A DNA stretch of 64,000 nucleotides from positions 1-64,000 of the forward strand of contig CAVZVA010000002.1 of assembly GCA_963778655.1 (NCBI GenBank), read 5' to 3'. Below the pieces are notes generated by a model. It was not told the origin of the DNA. It was given only the letters and a program-made list of their open reading frames with translations, and did not search any database. Shown here in pieces: positions 18,865 to 34,071 of this stretch; positions within the stretch are counted from its first letter, which is position 1; every line of letters starts with the position of its first letter. A program made the translations under genes and the position numbers. Source of the DNA: an uncultured delta proteobacterium. GTDB taxonomy: Bacteria > Myxococcota_A > Polyangia > Polyangiales > JAFGIB01.

Positions 18865-19962
18865 TCAGAGCATCACCAGGTCGTCACGGTGCACGATCTC
18901 GTCGCCCTGATAGTGTCCGACCCGGGCCTCGATCTCCCCGGAGCGCACGCCGATGAGACGCCGCACGTCGCGCGCGTCGTAGCGAACCAGCCCGCGCGCG
19001 AGCCGGCTGCCGTCGGCGCGCTCGATGCCGACGGCGTCGCCGGCCTGAAAGCGGCCGCGCACCGCGGTGATGCCGGCCGGGAGCAAGCTGCGCTTGTGAT
19101 CGGTCAGCGCGCGGGCGGCGCCGTCGTCGACGACCAGCGTCCCGCGCGCTTTGAGCGTGTAGGCGATCCAGTACTTGCGGCTGGCGAGCTTGCTGCCCGC
19201 CGGCAGCAAGAGCGTGCCGACGTCCTCGCCGGCGGTGATGCGGCGCAGAACCTGCGGTTCCGCCGCCCCTGCGATCGCCACCGGCAGCCCCCGCTGCAGC
19301 GCACGCTCGGCCGCCGAGAGCTTGGAGGCCATGCCGCCGAGGCTCACGCCGTTGTCTTCCTGCCAGATCAGCGCCCGCGCGGCCGCGAGGTCGCTGACCA
19401 GCGGGACGCGCCGCTTGTCGGCGTCGAGCAACCCTTCGACGTCGGTCAGCAGCACCAACAGCTCGGCACCTACCAGCGACGCCACCATCGCGGCGAGCTG
19501 ATCGTTGTCCCCGAACTCGATCTCCTCGGTCGAGATGGTGTCGTTCTCGTTGATGATCGTCACCGCGCCGAGCTCGGTCAGCGCATCGATCGCGCGCCGC
19601 GCATTGAGGTAGCGCTTGCGGTCGGCGAGCTCGGCGTGGGTCAGCAGCACCTGCGCGACCGGAATACCGTGGCGCGAGAAGGCCTGCGCATAGGCGACGA
19701 TCAACAGCGGCTGCCCGATCGCCGCCACGGCCTGCAGCTGCGGCAGGATGCTCGGCCTCTGCTCCAGCTCGAGCTGCTTGCGCCCCATGCCGACGGCGCC
19801 GCTCGAGACCAGCACGACGGTGTGCCCGCGCGCCATCAGCGCGGCGATCTCGCCGGCCAGCGCATCGAAGCGGCCGGGCTGGAGGATGGCCCGGCTGCCG
19901 ATCTTGACCACGATGCGTTTGGCCGCGGACAGCGCGGCGCGCGGATCCTTGTCGCCTGTCAC
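18865..19962 (-). CDS. proB: Glutamate 5-kinase (with PUA domain)
   Basis: RIVVKIGS, VSSGAV, INENDT, FGDNDQL, GGMASK, C-terminal HRDDLV. Confidence 0.97.
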   Translation of the reverse strand: MTGDKDPRAALSAAKRIVVKIGSRAILQPGRFDALAGEIAALMARGHTVVLVSSGAVGMGRKQLELEQRPSILPQLQAVAAIGQPLLIVAYAQAFSRHGIPVAQVLLTHAELADRKRYLNARRAIDALTELGAVTIINENDTISTEEIEFGDNDQLAAMVASLVGAELLVLLTDVEGLLDADKRRVPLVSDLAAARALIWQEDNGVSLGGMASKLSAAERALQRGLPVAIAGAAEPQVLRRITAGEDVGTLLLPAGSKLASRKYWIAYTLKARGTLVVDDGAARALTDHKRSLLPAGITAVRGRFQAGDAVGIERADGSRLARGLVRYDARDVRRLIGVRSGEIEARVGHYQGDEIVHRDDLVML

Positions 19963-20136
19963 GCCGCCTCCCGGACGAGCACTGGCCGGGCGCAATACTG
20001 GAGCGGCCCCCGGGACGAGGCAAGCAGCCGGCCGCCGCGCCGGCGGGGACGCGCGCGGGCGGCGCGACGCTCGGCGATCTTTCGCCTCGTCGTGCCCGCG
20101 GCGGGTACCCTATGAGGAGGATCTGAGGAGGATCCT

Positions 20137-21132
20137 TTGGGCTTGGACCTGCACGTCTCCGATCTTCCCCCGGTGCTGATCGCGCTGGTGGCGTTCGCCT
20201 TCGGCGCGGCCTGGGGGAGCTTCTTCAACGTCGCCATCTATCGCTGGCCGCGCGGCCTCTCGGTGGTGAAGCCGGCAAGCCACTGCCCGTATTGCCGGGC
20301 GCGCATCCCCGGCTACCTGAACATTCCGATCCTCGGCTACGTGCTGCTGCGCGGCAAGACGGCCTGCTGCGGCAAGCCGTTGTCGCCGCGCTACCCGATC
20401 GTGGAGGCGCTGGGCGCGGTGCTTTGCGTGGCGGTGACGCAGCGCTTCGTGCTCGAGGCCGGGCCAGGCGCGCCCCTGCTCGGCTCGGCGCTGATAGCGC
20501 TGTGCTATTTCGCTTTTGCCGGAGGCCTGCTGGTCGCCACCTTCGTCGACCTCGAGTGGATGGAGATCCCCGACGAAGTCTCGCTGCCCGGGGCCGCGCT
20601 GGGGCTGGTCACCGCCGCGTATCGCGATCCGCCGGGACTGGCGGCGGCCGCGCTGGGCGCGGGTGGCGGGTTTCTGGCGGTGCAAGTGCTGTTCGTGTGG
20701 ACCTACGAGGCCTTGCTCGGGCGCCGTGGCATGGGCGAAGGCGACTCCAAGCTGATGATGATGATCGGCGCCTTCCTGGGCTGGCAGGGCGCGGTGTTCG
20801 CGCTGTTCGCGGGCGCGCTGCAGGGCTTGCTGGTTGCGGTCTATGCGCTGCTCGCGGGCAAGCGGCTCACGCCGGCCCGGCCGGACGCGGCGGAGGGGGA
20901 CGACGGCGACGAGCAAGAGCACGACAACGAGCACGACAACGAGCACGAGCACGAGCAGCAGCACGACCACGACGCGCAGGGAGATCCGCCGCCGAAGTGG
21001 ATGGGGCACCTGAAGCTGCCGTTTGGGCCCTTTCTGGCACTCGGGGCGCTCGAGTACCTGTTCTTCGGGCCCACCCTGATCGAGCTGTGGCTGAAGCTGT
21101 TCGAGCACGGGATGGCGCTGTTCGGCGTCTGA
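20137..21132 (+). CDS. pilD: Prepilin peptidase
   Basis: GSFFNVAIYRWP, SHCPYC, NIP, RYP.VE, GMGEGDSKL, PFGPFL. Confidence 0.95.
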   Translation: MGLDLHVSDLPPVLIALVAFAFGAAWGSFFNVAIYRWPRGLSVVKPASHCPYCRARIPGYLNIPILGYVLLRGKTACCGKPLSPRYPIVEALGAVLCVAVTQRFVLEAGPGAPLLGSALIALCYFAFAGGLLVATFVDLEWMEIPDEVSLPGAALGLVTAAYRDPPGLAAAALGAGGGFLAVQVLFVWTYEALLGRRGMGEGDSKLMMMIGAFLGWQGAVFALFAGALQGLLVAVYALLAGKRLTPARPDAAEGDDGDEQEHDNEHDNEHEHEQQHDHDAQGDPPPKWMGHLKLPFGPFLALGALEYLFFGPTLIELWLKLFEHGMALFGV

Positions 21133-21143
21133 GCGCCGGCAAT

Positions 21144-21824
21144 CTAGCGCAGCACCGGGCGGAACCAGCGCAGTATCAGCCAGGCGGCGAGCGCCACGAT
21201 GGTGGCGCACAGCGCCGCCAGCGCCAGCGCCCAGCCGTACGCGGCCGGCGGCTCCTCGGCGAGCACCACGAACGACTCGCTCGTCACCGGCATGCCCATC
21301 GCTCCGGCCAGGTACTCGCGCACTGCGCGCAGGCGGCCGCCGAGCTGCCCGAAGGTCATCAGTCGCCCGCTGAACTCCCCTTGCGCCGCACGTGCCGGGT
21401 CCTGCAGCGCCTCCACCGGAAGCTGCACGAAGATCTGGCGCTGCCCGGCGAGCGGAAAAATGGCGTAGACCTGACCCGACAGCATGCGCTCGTAGCGCAC
21501 CATGCCGGCGAGCATCGGCGTGCCGCGAACCCGCACGTAGCGGTTGGTGGTGAGCTCGGCCAGCGGCACGTGCGTCGCCTCGCCGATGTCGGCGGCGTGG
21601 TCGGAGCCGAACGCATACGCCACGTCCGCGCGCAGGTGCAACAGCAGGGCCGCGCCGCCAATCAGCACCGCGCACAACAACGCCAGCGAGAGCAGGCGCT
21701 GGCCTTGCGGCGGCGCGGGCAGTGCCAGCAGCTCGGGGTCGACCGCCTCGGGACCGGCGCCGGTCGGGGGTGGCAGCCCTGGCCCGGGCTCGAGCTCCGC
21801 GTCGTCGGCGCTGGAAGGGGTCAC
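21144..21824 (-). CDS. Hypothetical membrane protein (2 TM)
   Basis: 226-aa ORF with N- and C-terminal hydrophobic helices. Confidence 0.7.
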   Translation of the reverse strand: MTPSSADDAELEPGPGLPPPTGAGPEAVDPELLALPAPPQGQRLLSLALLCAVLIGGAALLLHLRADVAYAFGSDHAADIGEATHVPLAELTTNRYVRVRGTPMLAGMVRYERMLSGQVYAIFPLAGQRQIFVQLPVEALQDPARAAQGEFSGRLMTFGQLGGRLRAVREYLAGAMGMPVTSESFVVLAEEPPAAYGWALALAALCATIVALAAWLILRWFRPVLR

Positions 21825-22031
21825 GCCGGATTGGACAACGGCACGCCGGCCTGGTTCCGGATGCTTGCGGTTACACCGACAGCGGAACCGGGCTCGGCCG
21901 GGGCGACGCTTGCGAGCAGGCTGCGGTGGCCTCGCGCCCGCGGTCGCGGCCGACTTGGCAGCCCGAACCTCGCGTGCTACCTACCCGGCCCCCGCGGCGC
22001 GCGCCGTGGGGTGCCCCGGAGAGCCCGCACC

Positions 22032-22376
22032 ATGGTCAAGTCACCGCTGCAAATCGTCAAAGAGCGCTTCAACGACAAAGCCGGCCTGATCACCGCGGTC
22101 AAGGCTCTGATGACCGACGAGCTGTGGGTCGACCGGGTCAACGTCAACAAGGGCCTGGAGAGCATCCCCAACCAGAAGCTGCTGCACCTGCATGAGGTGC
22201 TGAGCGAGGTCAAGACGCAGTACGGCTCGCGGGCCAAGCTGATCGACGCGATCGCCGCCGCGGAGGGCAAGGCCAAGGATGCCGATTACAAGCAGGGCCT
22301 GGGCCGTCACGCCACGCCGCACCTGCTCGAGATCTGCCGGGTCGCCCAGAAGCGGGCCAAGCGCGCCGCCAGCTGA
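22032..22376 (+). CDS. Small basic hypothetical protein
   Basis: MVKSPLQIVKERF... 114 aa with strongly coding-like codon use. Confidence 0.75.
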   Translation: MVKSPLQIVKERFNDKAGLITAVKALMTDELWVDRVNVNKGLESIPNQKLLHLHEVLSEVKTQYGSRAKLIDAIAAAEGKAKDADYKQGLGRHATPHLLEICRVAQKRAKRAAS

Positions 22377-22496
22377 GCGCGGAGCGCCGCCGCCGGCGCG
22401 TGGATTCGCGCACTTAGCCTCGCGGGGCCGCCGCAGCGGGGGATCCGCGGCGGCGCCTCGCCGTTTTGCGTGGAGACGAGGCCCGAGATCAGGCAC

Positions 22497-22560
22497 ACAG
22501 GAAGGCGGCAATCCGGGAAGGTGTTGGCCGTTGCCGCTTCCCGTCCTCCCGTCTTCCTGT
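22497..22560. repeat. Palindromic REP-like element, copy B
   Basis: ACAGGAAGGCGGCAATCCGGGAAG ... CTTCCCGTCCTCCCGTCTTCCTGT. Confidence 0.75.
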
Positions 22561-22620
22561 GATCCTGGAGGCCGCTCGCACCCAGGGGCTGGCAGGGCGG
22601 CGCGACGCTGCGTCTGAGCC

Positions 22621-26309
<3,689 letters not shown>

Positions 26310-26313
<4 letters not shown>

Positions 26314-27035
26314 ACGGGCAGCTAGCGCGCAAAACCAGCGCGGCATGGGCTCGCGGATGCGCCGCCGCGGGCTCGCCCGTGGCGGCCGCGCAGCCGTGCA
26401 GCGAGGCCGAGTTGCTCGCGCGCGCCCGCGCGCTCGCCGGCAGCCGGCTGGGTGAGCTTGCGGCGCGCCACGGGCTGCCTCTGCCGAGCGAGCCGCGGCG
26501 CGCCAAGGGCACGGCGGGCCGGTTGCTCGAGCTCGCGCTGGGTGCCGCCGCGGGCAGCGCCGCCGCGCCCGACTTCCCGCAGCTCGGCGTGGAGCTCAAG
26601 ACCATCCCGCTCGACCTGCGCGGACGGCCGCGCGAGTCGACCTTCGTGTGCACAATCGCGCTGCGCTCGCTGGGCCAGAGCGAGTGGGAAAGCTCGGCCG
26701 TGCGGCGCAAGCTCGCGCGCGTGCTGTGGGTGCCGATCGAAGCCGGCCCCCGCTTGCCGCTGGGCGCGCGGCGCGTGGGAACGCCGCGGCTGTGGTCGCC
26801 GACGCCGGAGCACGAGGCGGTGCTGCGCGCCGACTGGGAGGAGCTGGCCGGCGTGATCGGGCGAGGCGACGTCGAGCTGCTCAGCGCGCACCTCGGACGC
26901 TTCCTTCAGGTGCGGCCCAAGGCCAGCGACGGGCGCGCGCGGACGCGGGGTGCCGACGAGCGTGGTGCACCTACACGCACGCAGCCTCGTGCGTTTTATT
27001 TGCGCGCTCGCTTCACGGCGTTGATCTTTGCTTGA
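26310..27035 (+). CDS. mutH: DNA mismatch repair endonuclease MutH
   Basis: KG..G.LLE..LGA.AGS...PDF..LGVELKTIP...P.ESTFVC...DWEEL...LQVRPKA...FYLR; GTG overlaps dnaE TGA (alternative start 26379). Confidence 0.88.
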
Positions 27036-27396
27036 CTGCGGTGGCGCGCGCGCAACATTTGCTCTGCACGCGCGCCGGCCGCGCGCAGATTACGCGCAAC
27101 GTGAGAAATCGAACCAGCAACCGCCCGTCCGAGCGCGAGCCAACGAGCACGGCGATCGTCGGCGGTGCGCGCCTGCGCCCGCTCGCGAGCGCCGGCAAGC
27201 CCTCGGCGCGGCCTCGCGCGCGTTCGATCTGGCTCCTGCGCGCCGCCACACGGCGCATCGCCGCCCATCCGGCACGCATCGTGCATTTGTCGCCGAGCAC
27301 GCAGCCGACCCCTCGCGGTCGGCCCTAGTCACGCTCGTGGACGACTCAGCCGCGCAGCCCAGCCCCTCCGCCGAGCCCTCGGCCGAAGAGCCACCG

Positions 27397-28534
27397 TCAG
27401 CCTTGCGTCGGCAGCGGCCGATACTGGCGCACCAGCTCGGCGATGACGTCGAGCGGCAGGGCCGGCGCGGCGTGTCCGGAGTGGCCTTCCATGGCGTCGG
27501 CCATGCACATCGCGTTGAGGATCGCCTCTTGCGCCGCCTCGACGGTCGCCTTGTACAGAGGGTCGATGCTGGTGTCGAGCAGCGCCTTCATGCGGTAGAC
27601 CATCTTGCGGGTCTGGCGCGGGACCGTGTTGGCGTTGGAGAAGCCGATCACGATCTCGCCCGAGCCGTGCTCGGCGTGCGAGCCGGCGCGCCCCACGCCC
27701 AGCGCGGCGCGCTTGCACAGGCGGCCGATCTGGTGCGGCAGCAGCGGGGCGTTGGTCCCGACCACCACGATGATGCTGCCGTAGTTCTCCTTGCGCTTGA
27801 GGTAGGCCTCGAAGCGCGCGCTCAGCATCTCGCCTGCAGGCACCCCGTCGATGCGCAGGTCGAGCATGCGGCCGAAGTTGCTCATCACCAGCACGCCCAC
27901 GGTGTAGCCGCCCTCGTGCTGGGGCAGGCGCCGAGAGCTGGTGCCGATGCCGGCCTTGAAGTCGCAGGTGACCATGCCGGTGCCGCCGCCCACGCTGCCC
28001 TCGGTCACGACGCCGGGCGCGGCGCTATCGATCGCCTGGTAGACGTGCTCGGCGCGCACGTGACGGCCGGCCGCGTCGTTGAGCCAGGAGTCGTCGCACT
28101 CGCCGACCAGCGGGATGACGACGTCGTGCTCGTCGCCGATGCCCGGGTTGTGCTCGACCAGGTACTTGACCGTGGCCTCGGAGACCGCGCCCACCGACAG
28201 CGTATTGGTCAGCAGGATCGGCGTCTCGATCAGGCCCCACTCCATCACCTGGGTCAGGCCCGAGACTTCGCCGGCACCGTTGAGCACGAAGCCCGAGCCC
28301 ATCACGCGGTCGATGAAGATGTTGCCCGCATGCGGAACCACGGCGGTGACGCCGGTGCGTACGGGCCCGTGACCGGGTTTAAGCGGCCCAAAGCCGCGAA
28401 TTACTGGTAGCATGACCCACTCGGACGCCGGGAACGTCCGTGATGGCGTTGAAGCGGCCGGGCGGATAGTGGCCGATGCGAATGCCGAGCGCTCGTGCTC
28501 GGCGCCGCGCGGGTTGTGGAGCGAGGTCGGTCAT
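27397..28534 (-). CDS. P1/S58 family peptidase (DmpA/BapA-like) with one frameshift near 28405
   Basis: N-terminal GRFNAITDVPGVRVGHAT in one frame, continuing as VRTGVT...NGAGE...ECDD..LND...EGSVGGGTGM...GSIIVV in another. Confidence 0.88.
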
Positions 28535-28671
28535 GAGCCGCTCGTACCTACCCGAGTTGGCCTCTCGCAGCAATGGGGCAATTTCGGCGCTTCCGCCGCG
28601 CGCGGGCCGCGCGCGCGGACCACCCCGAGTCCGAGATCGCTCTCGGCGACGATGACTAGACAGGAGAACAC

Positions 28672-30027
<1,356 letters not shown>

Positions 30028-30110
30028 GGCGGTTGCTCGGTCGCCCGGCACGCGGGGCACCCGACGGCAGGCGAGCGGCGGCCGAACGGCCTGCATGGTG
30101 CGCCCCGCGG

Positions 30111-32138
30111 CTACTCGAGCGGCCGCTGGCGCTTGCGCTCGCGCATGCGTCGCAGCGCCGAGGCCAGGATCTCGCCGATCAGCGTGCGGTACTCCATGCC
30201 GCAGGCGTTCGCGATCAGGCACAGGTCGGAGAACCCCGGCGCAAGCCCCGGCAACGGGTTGCACTCGATGAAGCACGCCCTGCCCTCGGCGTCGAGCCGA
30301 ACGTCGATGCGCGCCACGTCACGGCAGCCGAGCGCCGTGAAGGCCGCGCGCGCCACCCGCTGCAGCTCCTTGCCGAGCGCGGGCTCGACCTGCGCGGGCA
30401 CGTGCAGCTCCACGCCTTGCGAGTAGAACTTGTTGTCGAAGCCGTACACCGGCCGCGGGTTGCTCGGGTCGGTGAAGCACACCTCGAGCGGCGGCAGCAC
30501 GCGCGGCCGGCGCTCGCCCAACAGCCCGAGGGTGAACTCGCGCCCGGGCAGGAAGGCCTCGACCAGCATCGCCTGGCGGTAGCGGCCGCTCTGCTCGGCG
30601 ACCAGCTGGCGCAGCGCCTTCTCGTCCTCGACCACGCTGGTACGGCTGACGCCGCGCGAGCTGCCCTCGGCCACAGGCTTGACGATCGCGGGGAAGGTCC
30701 AGCCCTTGGGCAGCCGTTCCTTGCCGGTCGCCATCAGCACGAACGGTGGCGTGAGCAGCCCGACCTGCTGCACCAGACGCTTGGCCAGGCCCTTGTCCAG
30801 CGAGAGCGCGATCGCGGTCGGGTCCGAGCCGGTGTAGGGGATACCGAGCAGCTCGAGCAGCGCCGGAACCTGCGACTCGCGCGCCCTGCCCTCGATGCCC
30901 TCGGCGATGTTGAACGCGACGTCGATGCCCGAAGGCGGCAGCACCGCAGCCAGCTCCGGCGTGGCCTCGAGCTCCACCACCTCGTGGCCGTAGGACTCGA
31001 TTGCTTCGCGGATCGCGCGCACCGTGTCGGGGCTGTCGTATTCGGCGGTGCGCTCGTCCACGCTGTGGGGTTCGGGCGTGGGCGCTCGCAGGTTGTAGAT
31101 CAGGCCCACGCGCACGCGCGGCCGCGGGCGGCGCGAGGGACGGTACTCGACGGCATAGCGCTCCGAGGCGCTGCGGATCACGCATTCGAGCACCGCCTGC
31201 ACGCTGGAAACGCCGGCGAGCTCGGCACAGCGGTACAGCGCCGCGCCCTCCTCCAGGCTGGGCAACGCGTTGATCTCGAGGAAGCAGAAGCTGCCGTCGT
31301 CGCGCACGCGGTAGTCGATGCGCCCGAGGTCGCGCACCTGCAACACCTCAAACACCTTGCGCGAGGTCTCGCGCAGCGCGGCGCGCACCGGCTCGGGCAG
31401 GTCGGTTGGGACCCGGACGTCGACCGCGTCGCTGGCGACGGTCTTGAGCTCGATGTCGTAGATGGCGTACTTGCGCGGCCCGACCCGGCTCAGATCGAAG
31501 CTGTAGCCCGCCGGCTCGAGCACGCCGGAGGTCGTGGGCGAGGCCTTCTCCAGGAACGGCACCACGATGTCGCGGCCGACCACGTACTCCTCGACCAGCA
31601 CGCCGGCCGGGTACTGGGTGAGCAGCTCCGCGACCTTGGCCTGCAGCGCGGAGGCGTCCTCGACCACCGAGTCGGCACGTATGCCCATCGAGCTGCCCTC
31701 GTAGTTGGGCTTGACGATCAAGGGAAAGCGCAGCGGGAGCCCGTCCAGGTCGCGCAGATGGCGCACCAGCTTGTCCCCGGCAACCGGCACCCCGTGCTGC
31801 GACAGCACCAGCTTGGTCAGCTGCTTGTCGAGCGTGAGCGCGCAGGTGTAGGCGTCCGAGCCGGTGAAGGGCATGCCCAGGCGATCGAACAGCGCGGGGA
31901 AAAACGCCTCGCGAAACCGCCCGCGCGTGCCCTCGGCCGTGTTGAACACCAGCTCGGGGTTGAGCGCCTCCAGCCGCGCCACCACCCGCGACGCCGGCCC
32001 CGACACCTCGATCGGCTCCACCTCGTGGCCGAGGGCGCGCAGCGCAGAGGTCAGCGCGGCGATGGTCGCGGGGGTGTCGAACTCCGCTTCCTCCTCGGAC
32101 GCGTTGAGCTGCACGTTGTGGGTGAACGCAATGCGCAT
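30111..32138 (-). CDS. Tandem two-domain D-Ala-D-Ala-ligase-like ATP-grasp protein
   Basis: Two complete units, each with AE(F/Y)D, FN.AEG, (F/Y)TGSD, LDK, VKP..EGSS.G, RID.R and E.N.LP. Confidence 0.9.
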   Translation of the reverse strand: MRIAFTHNVQLNASEEEAEFDTPATIAALTSALRALGHEVEPIEVSGPASRVVARLEALNPELVFNTAEGTRGRFREAFFPALFDRLGMPFTGSDAYTCALTLDKQLTKLVLSQHGVPVAGDKLVRHLRDLDGLPLRFPLIVKPNYEGSSMGIRADSVVEDASALQAKVAELLTQYPAGVLVEEYVVGRDIVVPFLEKASPTTSGVLEPAGYSFDLSRVGPRKYAIYDIELKTVASDAVDVRVPTDLPEPVRAALRETSRKVFEVLQVRDLGRIDYRVRDDGSFCFLEINALPSLEEGAALYRCAELAGVSSVQAVLECVIRSASERYAVEYRPSRRPRPRVRVGLIYNLRAPTPEPHSVDERTAEYDSPDTVRAIREAIESYGHEVVELEATPELAAVLPPSGIDVAFNIAEGIEGRARESQVPALLELLGIPYTGSDPTAIALSLDKGLAKRLVQQVGLLTPPFVLMATGKERLPKGWTFPAIVKPVAEGSSRGVSRTSVVEDEKALRQLVAEQSGRYRQAMLVEAFLPGREFTLGLLGERRPRVLPPLEVCFTDPSNPRPVYGFDNKFYSQGVELHVPAQVEPALGKELQRVARAAFTALGCRDVARIDVRLDAEGRACFIECNPLPGLAPGFSDLCLIANACGMEYRTLIGEILASALRRMRERKRQRPLE

Positions 32139-32666
32139 GACACGCGACGATACGCGAATGCGGCACGCGGGCAAAGATGGTGGCGCGCTGCGACCGCGGT
32201 GAGCGGCGTATCCAGTGGCCAGCAGCGCCGACGCCAGAAGACGGTGCAGCGCATTCCCATGCCGAGGAGCTCTGGCCCCGGCCACGGCACTCGCAAGTCA
32301 CAGGGCCATACTGACAACGGCTTCCGACGCGGTCCCAGGGCCGAGGCTGAACCCGCCCACAACCCCAGCCGCTGTGCGGTTGTGCGATAGGGCAGAGCTG
32401 GTCGCCATCGTGCCGGACGCAGAGCCAGCTTCGGACGAATGGGTCGGCTCCCAGAGCACAGTGACAGACGACACGACGATCACGGGACGCACACGGCGCC
32501 AGCACCATCACCCCCGCGGACAACGCCCACAGGACACCGGCTCGCGGGCGAGCTCGCGGTGACGGCTGCTGCATCGGCGCGGGGGCGCGTCCGGAGGCGC
32601 GCTCGCGGCGAGACGAGCGCGGCGTGGCACAACCTGGCACGTGCGAGCCCATTGGCACGTCGGGCC

Positions 32667-32681
32667 GCAAGCCATGTGCCG
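32667..32681 (-). promoter_or_regulatory. Possible sigma54 promoter facing the ATP-grasp gene
   Basis: CGGCACATGGCTTGC (GG-N10-GC). Confidence 0.4.
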
Positions 32682-32821
32682 CGGTACCGTGCCGCCTGCT
32701 CGCCGCCAGGCAACGAGCGTACTGAGAGCGATATAAGGACACCGACCTGCGCCCGTGCCGTGTGCGATCACGCCGCGGGAGCCCGAGATCGCACGATATT
32801 TTCCGCAGTCATTCTGGACAC

Positions 32822-32850
32822 TTGACGCCTCGCGCCGCGGTTGCTAGACA
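32822..32850 (+). promoter_or_regulatory. Putative sigma70 promoter of the tRNA pair
   Basis: TTGACG-17 nt-TAGACA, 30 nt upstream of tRNA-Lys. Confidence 0.5.
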
Positions 32851-32879
32851 GCGCAAGCTGTGCGGCTCCAAGCGAACCC

Positions 32880-32952
32880 GGGCCGTTAGCTCAATCGGTA
32901 GAGCAGCGGGCTTTTAACCCGACGGTCGCCGGTTCGATTCCGGCACGGCCCA
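32880..32952 (+). tRNA. tRNA-Lys(TTT)
   Basis: GGGCCGT/ACGGCCC acceptor stem, TAGCTCAATCGGTAGAGC D arm, CT-TTT-AA loop, GGTTCGATTCC T arm; CCA not encoded. Confidence 0.95.
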
Positions 32953-32971
32953 CCCGTCAAACAGCCTCACC

Positions 32972-33048
32972 GTCCCCATCATCTAGTTGGCCTAGGATAC
33001 CGGCTTTTCACGTCGGCGACGCGGGTTCAAATCCCGCTGGGGACGCCA
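32972..33048 (+). tRNA. tRNA-Glu(TTC)
   Basis: GTCCCCA/TGGGGAC acceptor stem, TT-TTC-AC loop, GGTTCAAATCC T arm, encoded CCA. Confidence 0.95.
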
Positions 33049-33049
33049 G

Positions 33050-33085
33050 ACCCTGGAACCGATCGGTTCCAGGGTTGTCTTCTTT
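33050..33085 (+). terminator. Intrinsic terminator after tRNA-Glu
   Basis: Perfect 26-bp palindrome ACCCTGGAACCGATCGGTTCCAGGGT followed by TGTCTTCTTT. Confidence 0.65.
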
Positions 33086-33436
33086 CGGAGTGAGGAGTCG
33101 GTCGCGCGGCATTCGGTTGCCTGGGCTACGGCGGCTCGCCGAACTTGCGCGCCCGGTATCGCGATCACTTTGCCCACTTCATCGATCGTGAGCTCCGTGC
33201 CGTCAACGACTGACGCCGGCCACGCAGAAACGGCCCTCGCCTCGGGCTGGGAATCGCCCGCTAGGAGGTGGAACGTGATCAGCCTATCGGCCGGTCGGTG
33301 TCGCGGTTGCGGGCGCTCCGCCAGAAGAATGGGCTGGAACGCTGATGGATCCCCACGAAATTCTTAGTCGCCTGTTTCGGCGGACGTCGCTTCAACCCCC
33401 ATCACTAGCTGCCGGCATCCCACCGTCGCCCGCGCG

Positions 33437-33640
33437 GCGTGCTCGCAGGGCACGGCCGACTGCGACGCCGACACGAGCAACGGCTGCGAGACCTCGATCA
33501 CCAGCCCCACGAACTGCGGCGGCTGCCCCCTTCGTGGCCAGCGCCCTGTGCAACAACGGCACGTGCACCGTGGGCGCGTGGCAGGGCGGCCACGCCGACA
33601 TCGACAAGGTCTTCGACAACGGGTGCGAGGGCTGTGCCGG
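33437..33640 (+). pseudogene. Remnant of a myxobacterial Cys-rich repeat protein
   Basis: CSQGTADCDADTSNGCET..PTNCGGC, then frame-shifted CNNGTC...DNGCE; no start codon or intact ORF. Confidence 0.55.
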
Positions 33641-34071
33641 GGCTGCCCCAGGTCGAGAGGTGAGGGCCATCCCTACCGCGATCGCTTGTCAGACGATTGA
33701 TCATGACAGGCACACGGTCCGGGCCACTTGATGAAGCAATCGGACCGCCGCTCGACGTGCGTCTAGGCTGACCGGACTGGCAGCCCCGTTGCTGCGCGCG
33801 GCTCGCTCACGCCCGCCATCCTCGCGTGCCTCGTGGCGCCAGACGTCAGGGTCACCGGGAATTGGCCGAGCGCGGACGCCCCCTCTGTGACCCACTGCCT
33901 AGCGGAGATCCGCCATCCGGCGACGTGCGGTCATGGGCGACACGGCGTGTGTTCGCACGACTTCCCCGCGTGGTCCGGGTGCGCGAATGGAGCACAAACA
34001 CACCGTCGCATCGCGCAAGAGCTCCATGGCATGATCGCGCCCAGGTTGAGTTTTGCGTGAGGGGCGAGGGC

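Noticed and set aside
32625..32668. Plus-strand TGGCAC motifs as sigma54 promoters (also near 53451)
   Set aside because: GG-to-GC spacing is off by one
32992..33177. Minus-strand ORF ending WRPQRDLNP as an integrase tail
   Set aside because: Mostly the antisense of tRNA-Glu; no recombinase motif upstream
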